DNA of 63,970 nucleotides, the filler included, from Octopus bimaculoides (Eukaryota): assembly GCF_001194135.2 (NCBI RefSeq). It is 7 parts of 7 records of this genome, joined end to end, with 100 filler letters (N's around TTAATTAATTAA, not from the genome) between each part and the next. Parts side by side here need not be neighbours in the genome. Positions count along the whole stretch, not along the records: positions 1 to 16,757 come from NC_068986.1; positions 16,858 to 23,334 come from NC_068993.1; positions 23,435 to 30,110 come from NC_068998.1; 4 more parts are not named here. One strand, written 5' to 3'. Both the position numbers and the translations under genes were made by a program. Numbering within the stretch: the first letter of the stretch is position 1; each line of letters begins with the position of its first letter. Positions 13,701-25,310 of the stretch are shown in pieces. The notes under the pieces are model-generated. The model was given only the letters and a program-made list of their open reading frames with translations, was not told where the DNA came from and did no database searches.

Positions 13701-15139
13701 GAATGGAAGTTTGAAGGTATGCAAATATTAGAGACTGTAATGGAACCGCTTTAAATTGTGACATATGTAAAATTGTTATATCTCATTTGCTAGTGAGACG
13801 TTTTTTCTGTTTTTACATATGAAGGCTGCTATTGCAACACATCTCTTGTGCTGTAAGCATTTCAATGAGGAACTGTTTACAACATCATATTCATTACCTG
13901 CAACAAAACTATAACATTTCGTGGGTTTGTATTTGCTGAATGAGGTATGCTTTAAGAAATATTAGTTCGAGTATAGAAATCAATTAAAATAAAACAGTAT
14001 CCATAGCGAGATAAAATGATCAATGACTCTAAGAGAGTCATGATGTTAGATGTTAAATTTCTATAGGTGGCACTCAAAACACACGATTATATCGATTTCG
14101 AAAATATACTAAATAAGATACAGACATTCATATGATCTAAAACCGGAACATCGAAAAATATCTTCACTAGCATCTGTTTAAAATAACGAGTATGACGCCC
14201 GATTAGAATCGGCAATCTTTGTACATATTTACATGGTGTATGTCACTTTAAGGCATTCGTAATATATATTGTCATTTAAAAATTTATGGTCATGTATATG
14301 TGGCGAGATTTATGATTTATGAAATGACAATTGTTTATATAATAGATATAATAGATATATTAGATGTAATAGATATAAATCTATACAAATAACTTTTCAG
14401 CAGTTCTGCTAGGTGTCACAAAACTGTCCTATTAAATCTCATAGATAAAGATTTCGTATCGACTGCGGAACTTCTCGACTAGCTAAATAAGGGTAACGAC
14501 AGTCTTGTTTATTACATGGCTTTGTATTTTAGTATTTTTTGGCAAACCGCCATATAACTTTTCCGGTTTTGTTTTTCTTTCATTCAGTTATAAACGAACA
14601 GTTTAGCCGCACAACAGTCCGATGGGATTGCTGATGCTCGCCAAAGATATTACTTGGTCATCGACAATCAATATCAGGCAAAATTATGAATCTATGAAGC
14701 ATTATGAAGAATATCTAATACGGCATGGCTGCCAAATATCAAGCATATTTTTCGGTAAGAATAGATTTTTGTTGTTAGATTCCAGAAAAAAATAAGTTTG
14801 TAATATGCTTCTAAAAAACGCTATGAAAAAGAAAAGGAAGACAATCATATCTTTGACATAATTACGTCGAACATCAATATCAAATCAAAAAAAAAAAAGA
14901 GGTTCAAATGAACTATAATGTTTAGCTACATGGTAAACATATGAATCAACAATTACGGTATATTTGTATATATTCGTCAATAACGAGAAATCTGTTTTCC
15001 AACTATACTGCTCCACAGCATGGAAAGAAAAAGGAACAGTAAGTAACTACAGAATGATCCAGTTCGTATTTAGACTGTATAGAATTATAGTTGGTGCAAT
15101 TTTCGTACTCCAGTAATTAAAATTAAAATATCTCATGAT

Positions 15140-16425
15140 ATCATGTACCCCTTGCATTTAAATTCTATTGACTTTAAAGTTGCATTCCTCACGATTTAAA
15201 AGTAGCCCGCATCAAAGGTCATGTACTTTTAGGTTAACCACATTTGCACACATACATCGTGCCATAATATATTAAATGCTCTGTTTGATGTTTGAAAGAT
15301 GTGAAGAATAGAATATCCAGTATTGGTGCGTTACTTTGTTTTGTAATATATATCCGATATTACTGTAGAGCAGCATAATTTCACAGTAATATCTTGCAAC
15401 GTCAGTAAATCATTGTGATTTGTTTCTGTCGTAAAATTAATATAGAGGGGTGAATGTTATTGAGAGGTATTCAATGATTTTAGATCCTGATTTGATTTCT
15501 CACCCAAAATAATGCAGTAATCGACGAAGCGTTTCCACTTTTCAACGAAACATTTCTTGAAATTTTGGGTAACGTCTGTGTTTACGCTTGGGTGTGTTTT
15601 TCTAAAAAAAACCATCAACAGGTTGGCATATGAATTTGCACATTTTATCGCCATAGTTGTGTCCTTCATTTAAGGATATATTTTACTAAGAACGTTATAA
15701 GTATTCTCTTCCAGTAGCAAGTATGTAGCGTTGGTAAGGAAATCTGTTTTTAAACGTTCGATTATATTTTGTCTGTTGTTTTCTACCCAGTTTTATATTG
15801 CCTCCTGGCCTGAAGGGTAAATATATTGGAACAAAGGATACTAACAAGGAAACGTCTAAAGATAGGTTCTTTTAAGACTGGAAAAGCGATGTATTTTATA
15901 AAAACATATCATATTATATATACTTGGATAGTGATACCGTCTCGCATATAACTGACTATTAATGGAGATAAGAGTTCAAGCGGTATATCGAACAGATGAT
16001 TTAATCATGTTATTGGAGATTATAGACCAGCAACTCATGCTCTCAATTTGCGATCAGTGGGTCTTAATGTTTATATACACTGGATCCACTGCTTGCTTAT
16101 AGCTGTTTGTATTTCCGAGCTTTCATGGACTTTGGTTAATCCCTAGAAATTGCTCATAAGTAGTCTATTTCTTTATCTGTAAAGGAGACTTTGTATTGAT
16201 TAATTAAAGTTCTAATTTAATTGTTTTTCCTGGATTTCTGTTTTCTATCGGATACCTCTTTTGGGTTTTAGATGTACCAGTTGCTAGTCCATAATAAAAT
16301 CCTTATCCATAACCATTATCACAACATTCTTATCGGCTTCATTTAGGATGACTGAGTTGTCGTTAGTGAAGCATCATTACCTTCTTTACAAATGTTTTGC
16401 TTGCATTCCTAGGCACTGAGAGAGT
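15140..16425 (-). mobile_element. Penelope-like element RT fragment, decayed
   Basis: Minus strand reads 'NDNSVILNEADK..IMVMDKD', 'KDTTMAIKCANSYANLLM' (cf. KGTAMGTKCAPSYANL), 'WKRFVDYCII' (cf. WKRFLDDCFI), 'INFTTETN..DITVK..SDIYYKT' and 'SSHLSNIKQSI..MARC'. Confidence 0.85.
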
Positions 16426-16757
16426 GTTTGGAAATTGTATGTACGAGTATATATGTTTCGTTACAAATGTTCAAATATACTGTCAGACGCACAATGGCTG
16501 GGAAAAATGTATGGCAATTGATTAAAAGTAATGGACATTTTCCTCTTGAAATCAATATAAAACCTTACTAGTAATGAAACCACTCCTTTCTTTCTTTTTT
16601 CCTTTTATTTCTTCATTTATTTATTTATTTTATTTTTATTTTCCCTCATATTTATCTAAATTTGATACCATAAATTCACCTAATACTTAGACATACATAC
16701 ACGCACTTACATACACAGTCATATATATATACATACACACACACACACACACACACA

Positions 16758-16857
16758 NNNNNNNNNNNNNNNNNNNNNNNNNNNNNNNNNNNNNNNNNNN
16801 NTTAATTAATTAANNNNNNNNNNNNNNNNNNNNNNNNNNNNNNNNNNNNNNNNNNNN
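16758..16857. other. Assembly gap marker: 44 N + TTAATTAATTAA + 44 N (also at 23379, 30155, 50069, 55908, 62617)
   Basis: The same 12-mer (stops in all six frames) sits centred in six N gaps of about 100 bp. It is an artificial scaffold spacer. Confidence 0.95.
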
Positions 16858-17143
16858 GAAAAAACGTGTTTCTTTATTCTTTATAAATTGACATTTTTTA
16901 AAAACATGAGAAATCGTAATAATTTTATCGATTTATTGGGTGTTATGCACTTTCAGTGCCTGTTGTTTCAATTCTCAAGCTATTTTTTTGTATTTTGAAT
17001 ACAATTTTTTAATTTTTGATTTTTTTCAATTGTAAGTAGGCCCACATGTACTTGTAAATGTGAGTGGACATGGGAAAAGGTGGGGCGTAAAAACTTTTGC
17101 TATGAAAAAGTGGGGCGCCGGGAAAAAAGGTTGGGAAACACTG
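16858..17143. mobile_element. One end of a non-autonomous hAT (Charlie-type) element; other end lost in a gap
   Basis: It ends with ggttgggaaacactg (17129-17143), the reverse complement of a CAGTGTTTCCCAACC hAT TIR, preceded by typical ggggcg subterminal motifs. Confidence 0.6.
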
Positions 17144-17145
17144 CT

Positions 17146-17420
17146 ATAGAGTGTTCAAAGTGGGACAGCTGTGTATCTCACGCTTCCCTAAAGATGGCAT
17201 TGCGAATAGTAGCGGTTGTATTTTTGATGGATTGTGGTAGTATGAAGTAAGAAGTCTTGAAAGTGTTTTACATGTTGGAGAGATATTAATGTCAGTATTT
17301 GATAAGATGATGCAAATAGTTAACCAATATTTCAGATACCATCGTTTATCAAGATGAGTGACAAACTTGGAAAGATATTTTGTCAATAGCTCAATCCAAT
17401 GGTTTGCAAATTAAATTCCG
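17146..17420 (-). mobile_element. Penelope-like fragment (thumb-to-endonuclease linker)
   Basis: ORF 17144..17386 reads 'LDKRWYL..ILSNTD..CKTLSRLLTS..GKREIHSCPTLNT'. This resembles the PLE linker 'L.KHW.IL..KNLRDLLV..GKPRC.TCP.INT'. Confidence 0.45.
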
Positions 17421-18089
17421 TGAAAAATTATTTCTACAATTTCTACAAGTTAAGAGATCTTAGAAAAAGTTTTAATAATAATTATCTAATAATCAAATTT
17501 TACGGTCCCTCTCATGGCAATGATTGTTTATGTTTGGTTTTTGTTAGGAACTATTCCTTCTCTAAATAATGTTTGTTTAATTTGTTATCTAGTTTGAAGT
17601 GACGCTGAATGAAGTTGTCAGAATATAGAAATGGATTCTATGATTTTTGGAAAACCATATAATGGGCTCTACGACGAAAAAGTTTCAGACTTGTCGGTGT
17701 AATGTAGCTCATAGTTAATAAATGTCGCCGAAGGAATGTGTATATATATATATATATNNNNNNNNNNNNNNNNNNNNNNNNNNNNNNNNNNNNNNNNNNN
17801 NNNNNNNNNNNNNNNNNNNNNNNNNNNNNNNNNNNNNNNNNNNNNNNNNNNNNNNNNNTATATATATGTATATATATATACATATAGCTTTGTTGTTAGT
17901 ATTACTTGCGGTCTATAAAATCACAAACCCACTAATTGTTTCCACCACATGTTGAAACATGAAAAATAAAAAAAATACCCAAAGCAAAAACAACGCGTTA
18001 TTTATTTTTGAAATCCTACATGAGAAGTTCTCAGTAAAGAGACCAGACAAAAGGATACACATATGCTTTTATCTAAAAAACAAAAGTGC

Positions 18090-18270
18090 AGGTACAACGG
18101 TTTGATTGAATAGTTGCTTCGAAACCACGTGATTCAGGGTCCAATCCTGGTTAGAAACATTTCCGGCATATGTGTCTTTCTCTATCCTCGGGTTCAGCAG
18201 TATCTTTCACGGAAATATAGTTGACGAAAATTGTGTAGACGTCCCTTGGATATTGACTGAGAACCGCCTG
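18090..18270 (+). mobile_element. Degenerate SINE family B 5' half
   Basis: Diverged match to the head of the copies at 27663 and 48836 (gttgcttc..accacgtg.ttc.gggt.caatcc..gtgtctt..ctat.ctcggg). Confidence 0.5.
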
Positions 18271-18331
18271 AACAAACTGCAATTGTGTCATGTTCGTTTC
18301 TTATGTATTATATATGTGTATATATATATAT

Positions 18332-18580
18332 GGTGGTTGTCTACTCCTTAAACAGAGTTTGACCACCTCCTGCACCTACACCTTAGCCCTTTCATGGCGT
18401 CTGATGTGGCTTTTTAAACCAGACAGTGTTTTGAAAAAACACCCACACAGATTGCACCTCTGATTTGCACTACCAATACCTGCAAGTAAGTTCTGCTCAT
18501 TGTGGATCCTAACATGTCTTTTAAGACCCCCATTGGATTTGCAAACCCTCTGGCACACACCACATTCAAACGTGTGCACA
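18332..18580 (-). mobile_element. 3' end of an RTE-type LINE encoding two C2H2 zinc fingers (alternatively the last exon of a C2H2 ZNF gene)
   Basis: Reads 'FECGVCQRVCKSNGGLKRHVRIH..QRCNLCGCFFKTLSGLKSHIRRHERAKV*' (stop 18376-18378), followed by a ~45-nt 3' UTR and a (TA)n run. RTE ORFs often end in C2H2-like fingers. The upstream part is in an N gap. Confidence 0.6.
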
Positions 18581-19177
18581 NNNNNNNNNNNNNNNNNNNN
18601 NNNNNNNNNNNNNNNNNNNNNNNNNNNNNNNNNNNNNNNNNNNNNNNNNNNNNNNNNNNNNNNNNNNNNNNNNNNNNNNNNNNNNNNNNNNNNNNNNNNN
18701 NNNNNNNNNNNNNNNNNNNNNNNNNNNNNNNNNNNNNNNNNNNNNNNNNNNNNNNNNNNNNNNNNNNNNNNNNNNNNNNNNNNNNNNNNNNNNNNNNNNN
18801 NNNNNNNNNNNNNNNNNNNNNNNNNNNNNNNNNNNNNNNNNNNNNNNNNNNNNNNNNNNNNNNNNNNNNNNNNNNNNNNNNNNNNNNNNNNNNNNNNNNN
18901 NNNNNNNNNNNNNNNNNNNNNNNNNNNNNNNNNNNNNNNNNNNNNNNNNNNNNNNNNNNNNNNNNNNNNNNNNNNNNNNNNNNNNNNNNNNNNNNNNNNN
19001 NNNNNNNNNNNNNNNNNNNNNNNNNNNNNNNNNNNNNNNNNNNNNNNNNNNNNNNNNNNNNNNNNNNNNNNNNNNNNNNNNNNNNNNNNNNNNNNNNNNN
19101 NNNNNNNNNNNNNNNNNNNNNNNNNNNNNNNNNNNNNNNNNNNNNNNNNNNNNNNNNNNNNNNNNNNNNNNNNNNNN

Positions 19178-19209
<32 letters not shown>

Positions 19210-19439
19210 GGGTATACGTATGTGTGTACAGGTGTGTATTGGTGGGAATTTATAAGTTTATGTCTACACTGAACTAAGACAGATGTCTTTATGTTTCTTT
19301 GTGTCTCTTCGTAGCAGTTCGATAACTAGTAATCGATAAGAACACTATTCAAAATATGTATTGATGTTAACATGATCCAGTCGGCAAAACACTTGAAGGG
19401 CATGCTACAGCATGCCCGTATCTAGTGAATGAAGTTAAT

Positions 19440-19990
19440 GGAATAAAAATGTCGGTTTGGCGCTTCAAAGGCGAAGTTTACAATTGTTGGCGAATAAGAC
19501 TAAGCTGGAGAGCGTTCATTTCAGCAAAGGATGTGCTGAAAAAAACCACTTGCGCAAATGTCTTAAACAGAACTGTTCTACCTGCAATGCTTCGTGCAAG
19601 TGAAACGTGGGCGATGACGAAGAGGGAGAAACAATAGTTGATAAAGGACGCAAAGAGCCATGGAAAGGTCGATGCTTGGAATATCCTAGAGAGATCACAT
19701 CCGAAACGAGAGACTTTATCGCCGGATACTATCCAAACGAATTCAGACAGGCCAGACATATCTCACAGTGCACCGATAATTGGTGGATCCTTGCAGTGGA
19801 GTGGTACCTGCACGAATGGAAACTACCACTCGGAAGGCTACCACTCAGGTGGATTGACGATATAAAGAAAATAATGGGACCGCAATGGAGAAGGAGGGTG
19901 AAATCAAGAACGACGGAATGAATGAAATGTTATGGCCAACGGATTGAGAGACATCCGACATTGGCCGGTCAAGGTGATCAATGTGATTAT
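19440..19990 (+). mobile_element. RTE-clade LINE 3' fragment
   Basis: Reads 'RIRLSWRAF..KDVLKK..ANVLNRTVLPAMLRASETWAMTK', then '..AMERSMLGIS.RDHIRNE' and 'DNWWILAVEWYLHEWKLPLGRLPLRW.DDI..MGPQWRR'. These are hallmark RTE post-RT motifs. Confidence 0.9.
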
Positions 19991-20499
19991 TATTTAGGCA
20001 GTCAGTGGTAGAGTTGATGGTGCTTCAGACAGACAGTTTAGTGGTATTTCTTTCTTTTCTTTTCGTGCTAAGCACAAAATCTCGCTGTGGCCACTTGTGC
20101 CTTTACCAGTTGAGCACTGGATTTTATGTAAATGACTCTTAAAATTGCTGACTTTGTGCCAAACTTTAAATGAATAGTTGTTGTTGTTGCTATTGCTGCT
20201 GCAATTTTCGGTTTTGTTGTTGTCATCGTTATCATCATCCTGTGGCGGGACATATATCTTGAATTTGCTTGATTTAATTATATATTTGTCTGCAGTTAAC
20301 CCATTGCAATATTTACCTTGAGGGGTGGGGGCAGTAGCTTCAATAGCGGAAACAAGCGTGGTACTCTCAAATAATTTCAAACGGGAAAAAAGAATTTTAA
20401 AAAATTAAAAAAGACTGCAAGGTTTGAAACAACCGCCTTTAGTCGTACAATGGAAATCACAAAAATCATATAGTGTGGAAAATATTAATTTAAATAATA

Positions 20500-21090
20500 A
20501 ACAGTATAAAGACAACAGACCTCACCGACAATGGAGTATATTTTGTTAGTGTTAGGTCTGAAGGAGATCCTTGAAATGATTCCACCAGAGGACTCTGCCA
20601 AATAACGGAATATCTCTTTGCCTGACAAATTTACCAGGTAAAGAAAGGAAGCAAGTAACATATCTTCCAGAAGGAACTCGGAGGAAATTGTCACTAACCT
20701 GGAAGGAGGTGTGCTTCCTCGATTGGGATGAAGAATTTGGAAACACAGACCTGGTGCAACCCACATCTTTTACAGAATGGTGAAATAATATAGGACCCAT
20801 ACTGATACCAAGGTCATGGGCAATGACAAAGGTACACTCGTGGTTCAACTTGCACAAAGATATGGCCAGTGCACACTTCCTGCTTCTAATGATCTCTGAA
20901 TACCCATATCATTATCTCAGAGTTATTTCCCATTGTAGGATAGAGAGGAGGCAGATTAATCGAATGGCACACTCTGCGGATCAAGCTGATATACTGGATG
21001 AAAAGAGTCCGCCACAAAAGGCACCAATTTCTCTTGATTCCATGTTTAATGTAGTGAGAGATGCCTAAATGAAAAAGATTGAGCAAGAGA
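20500..21090 (+). mobile_element. Decayed coding-like segment, possibly the 3' end of a CR1/L2-group LINE
   Basis: GC-richer than its flanks, with one + frame open for about 170 codons apart from one stop. Weak echoes of the CR1 tail ('WFNLHKDM', 'ILDEKSPPQKAPISL' vs 'IPDEP..RAASNSL'). Confidence 0.3.
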
Positions 21091-22345
21091 TGTATATATA
21101 CCGCCTCTGATGAGCTGCAGAACATATATCAACTACAAAACAATATCTTTAAGATAGTTTTAGCTTGATATCTATTAAGTTCCAATTTCGCTATTTAGTA
21201 ACTGGGAAAGGAAGAAGGAAATACAGAATTGAAGTGAAGAAAAAAAGATAAATAAAGATCCCATAGCCAAGAAATGCATGAATTAATCATACGACTTAGT
21301 TGCTAATTGTTATTAATCGTAGCTCAGAAACTATTATTAATGAAAGCTAATAAATAAATTATATTCTAAATATTTTCTTACAACCTTCTTAGTTAAAATA
21401 AATTTGTTACCAGAAGTGTATTAGTCAATGAATGAAATACTTATTTTCTTCTTCACTTCAAGTCTGAGGGCTGAAAATTATTTTCCTACTCTCCAATTTC
21501 AATTGGGATACTATCAATTAGTAAAATATAGCCATTTTTTTTTCAAGTTGTAAAAACAACACACGATTAATTGGAATGCATCAGAGAAAGCCTTGAAATT
21601 GTAAAACTACCATGACAACTGCAAAGATTACAGCGAAATTTATTACTTTTTATCCGCATTTCTTCTTTCTTTTCTTTCATTTGGTTGTGTTTAAATTTCA
21701 GTTACTCAGACAAGATCAAAAAAGAGGATGCTATATTTTTACAATGTAAACCAGATTAATCAAACCATAATCGGTCTAAATTAGATGTATCTTTTCTAAT
21801 AAATAATTCACGTAATAGTAATTCCCTCTAATTTCCGCATAAGGGGAGAAATGTAAACTGAACCAAGCTGCATTATAGTAAAGTTACGTGTAATTAACGT
21901 ACATAGTTTCTCTCGAAGAAATTATATTAAGTTCCACTGCAGAAATTTTAAACACAGCAATGTCAAAGTTTAAATGTCTCTATGCACAGGAGTAAGTTGG
22001 CATTGATAATTGTTTGGATACATGTTCAGTTCTACAAGTAACATTACGTCTTTGTAGTTTACAAAACTTGAAACATTAATGGAAAGAAAATCTTTTTTTT
22101 TTTTTAAATGAAGAGGAAGTATGTACACAGGAAAAGAAGTAAAAATTAGACAGCAAAAGAGAGTGAACGATGTGTGGAAGAAAATCCAAATAGATTAAAT
22201 GATATACCAGAATATATGTTAAATAAAAGAAATTATAAATTAAGAGGCCGAGATGATAGAGAATATAAGTGTAATTCCTTATGTAAATGACAGTGTCACT
22301 GTACAGAGAAAATTTATGGACACTATTTGTATGTGTGTGTATGTG

Positions 22346-22378
<33 letters not shown>

Positions 22379-22597
22379 CGTGCGCGCGCGTTTGTATAAA
22401 TGTATGTGAGGGAGGGAGAGAGCGAGAGAAATCGAGGTACAGACAGACAAAGACAGAGAGAAATAGAGAAGAACAGAGACGGAACAGAAAGGCAAAGTCA
22501 TTTCAGATGTGAGTGCTTTGTAAATAACTTTAATAAAGATGCCGTCGCTAAAGATATTGTTTTGTAGTTGATATGTGTTACACATATGCATACATAT

Positions 22598-23334
22598 ATG
22601 GTAACAAGAATGGGCCCTAACTATGCGAACCTGTTCGTTGGCTACTTTGAGGACTAAATATTCTCATGATTCACTGGTCCCACTCACAACCTCACTCTCC
22701 TACGAACAACTAGTCTCCTTCCTTCCTTCCTTCCTTCCTTCCTTCCTTTTGTCTAATCCATCCATCTTGTCCTCGAATTCTCCTACACTATTTCCAACAC
22801 TTTCGACGCATTTCTCAACATTTCTGCCAACATACACCACTCCACTCTCACTACCTTTATCCGCTACAAACACACCGACCTACACCCCTACCTTACCTTC
22901 TCCTCCTCCCACCCCACCCACACCAAGTTCTCCATCCTCTACTCCCAATTCCTCCATCTACGCAAGCTCTGCAGTGATAACTATGACTTTCAGACTTAGT
23001 CTCAACTCATGGCACGCCACTTCTTCATGCCTGGATGTTTCCTCAACGCTATCCACACTGCCCTTACCAGAGCAATTTCCGCTGACCGTACCTCTGCTGT
23101 TTCTCAACGCACCTGCCCCGTCATTGCCCGTCTCCCGTTTACCCTCACCTACCACCCCTCCACACTTCTCCAAGCCTTCCGGCGACGCTAGTCCGACCAC
23201 TCCACCTTCGATCCTTCCATCATACTCCGAGCCCCTCCACATTATCCGAGCCTTCCGGCGACACCAGTCCGACCCCTGCACATCGCACATCTTCTCCAGC
23301 CTACCTCTTTCCGCCTTCAAACGAGCCCACAACG
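22598..23334 (+). mobile_element. Penelope-like element RT/thumb fragment with internal (CCTT)n
   Basis: Reads 'MVTRMGPNYANLFVGYFED', 'RYKHTDLHPYLTFSSSHPTHTKFSILYSQFLHLRKLCSD', 'RLPFTLTYHPS' and 'LPLSAFKRAHN'. The YIDD region is deleted, and there is a short internal duplication (ccttccggcgac..agtccgacc at ~23175 and ~23251). Confidence 0.9.
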
Positions 23335-23434
23335 NNNNNNNNNNNNNNNNNNNNNNNNNNNNNNNNNNNNNNNNNNNNTTAATTAATTAANNNNNNNNNN
23401 NNNNNNNNNNNNNNNNNNNNNNNNNNNNNNNNNN

Positions 23435-23471
23435 ATACATACACACATACATGCATACATACATGCATACG

Positions 23472-23502
<31 letters not shown>

Positions 23503-23811
23503 GTACGTACATACATACATACATGCATACATACATGCATACATACATACATACATGCATGCATGCATACATAGATACATGCATGCATACATACATACAT
23601 ACACACATACATGCATACATACATGCATACGTACATACATACATACATACATACATACATACATGCATACATGCATGCATACATACATACATACATACAT
23701 ACACACATACATACATACATACATACATGCATACGTACATACATACATACATATGTACGTACGTACGTACATACATACATACATACATACATACATACAT
23801 AGCATATATAT
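23435..23811. repeat. Long (ACAT)n/(GCAT)n tetranucleotide microsatellite
   Basis: Directly visible. Confidence 0.97.
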
Positions 23812-24398
23812 ACATCAATAAAATGTAAGCATAATAGACCTGACATAGTGATTTGGGACAGAGAATGAAACTATACAGTAGTATAAATTAGCTGACCAGT
23901 GGATGTTAATATAATGCTTAAAGTTCAGTGAAAAAGAAAATACCTACGCTGAACTATTGAGAAATCTACAATTATTCTACCCAGATTACAAGTTCAGGGT
24001 TACACCCGTAATTATTGGGGCACTGGGATATGTAACACACAGCGTAAATATCAGTCTTGAGAAATTTGACTTCTCAAAGCCAGAAAGGAGAAAGCTGATT
24101 CGAAGACTACAAATCCAAATTTTCACTGGAACTGTAAAAATGTGTAAAGCTTTGCAGAAGTTTACCATTTAAGTATATATGTGCATGTCTAGACATGCAA
24201 CTATTTGCATGAGAATGCATACATAAAATGAAACTTACAAATCTGCACATACACTAGATCCAAATACTGCACATATACACACATACATGCAAAAATACCG
24301 TTGATATTGTTGAAATTCCAATGAAGGAACTTTGGATCTAGGTTAAAAACAGGCTCTTTCTCTGTTGACAAGAAATCTTAAAATAAAACCAGAAAATG
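23812..24398 (+). mobile_element. RLE-type non-LTR retrotransposon (R4/Dong-like) 3' end, copy 1
   Basis: Reads 'SIKCKHNRPDIVIWDRE..EKENTYAELLRNLQLFYPDYKFRVTPVIIGALGYV..QIFTGTVKMCK..FTI*' (stop 24170-24172), i.e. the RPD..E..K restriction-like endonuclease. The 3' UTR has aaataaaac and is followed by (ACAT)n. Confidence 0.9.
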
Positions 24399-24457
24399 AC
24401 ATGCATACATACATACATACATACATACATACATACATACATACATACGTACATACA

Positions 24458-24880
24458 AACAACCAAAGTCCAGGTAAAAGAGAACATTTATGGTGAAATA
24501 ATGCGAAACTTAGAGATCTTGTACCCTGACTATGAATTCTCATTTGTATCATAGGTGCATCAGGTACCAACAAATTTACACAAAAACCGAGAAATACTAG
24601 GTTTTTCGAAGAAAGCAAAATAAACTGACACAGATTCTCCAAATCCACTCTATTAGTGACACAGTGAAGATTTGTAAGACATTCCCAAAATTCTCCAGCT
24701 GAGATTCTTTAGGTAAATAGATACACACATTTGGATGTATGCATCGACAACTCAACCAACACACCAATTCAACCACATATTTACAGATACCGGGAACTTT
24801 CTTAACTCAAAATGTTTTGTCACTTTGTTAGCGACCGGCTTGAACTGTCTTAAGAACTTAAATAAAACACAAAGAAAAAA
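24458..24880 (+). mobile_element. RLE-type LINE 3' end, copy 2 (diverged)
   Basis: Reads 'KVQVKENIYGEIMRNLEILYPDYEFSF..IIGASG..QILQIHSISDTVKICKTFPKFSS*' (stop ~24700). The 3' UTR ends aaataaaacacaaagaaaaaa, followed by (CA)/(ACAT)n. Confidence 0.8.
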
Positions 24881-24918
24881 CATACACACACACACATACA
24901 TACATACATGCATGCATG

Positions 24919-25310
24919 CATCTGTCGAGCATAAGCATAAAAGGCCGGATATTGTTGTTTGGGACAGATAAGAAAAAGTATGTGTTGTCATAGAAGTCAG
25001 CTGTGCTGCTAATGTGAATATCTCTTTGAAAATCAAGGAGAAAGAAAACGACTATGGACAGCTTTTCCGAAACCTCAAGCTTCGATTTCTGGATTACAAA
25101 GTTACATTTATAACAATAATAATTGGTGCACTTGGTTTTGGAAAATGCAAAACGAATCAAGAAATGAAATAGCAATGAAATATCCGTACATCACTGGATT
25201 TAAGGGACAAGAACTAGAGCAACATTTTGGGTCCCCATCCTAGATTCCGGTGAAGAGCATTGTAAGAGGACTGGTACTTTTCTGACTGCAAGTTGTATGT
25301 AAAAATGTCT
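24919..25310 (+). mobile_element. RLE-type LINE 3' end, copy 3 (diverged)
   Basis: Reads 'SVEHKHKRPDIVVWDR*EKVCVVIEVSCAANVNISLKIKEKENDYGQLFRNLKLRFLDYKVTFITIIIGALGFG'. Confidence 0.85.

Noticed and set aside
17150-17330. Tudor-domain-like reading on + strand ('FKVGQLCISRFPKDG..')
   Set aside because: It lacks the WYRA motif and has stops. It is better explained as the antisense of a Penelope-like linker on the minus strand.
22623-23390. 255-aa Pro/Ser/Thr-rich 'mucin-like' ORF
   Set aside because: It is an alternative frame of a C-rich Penelope RT/thumb fragment.
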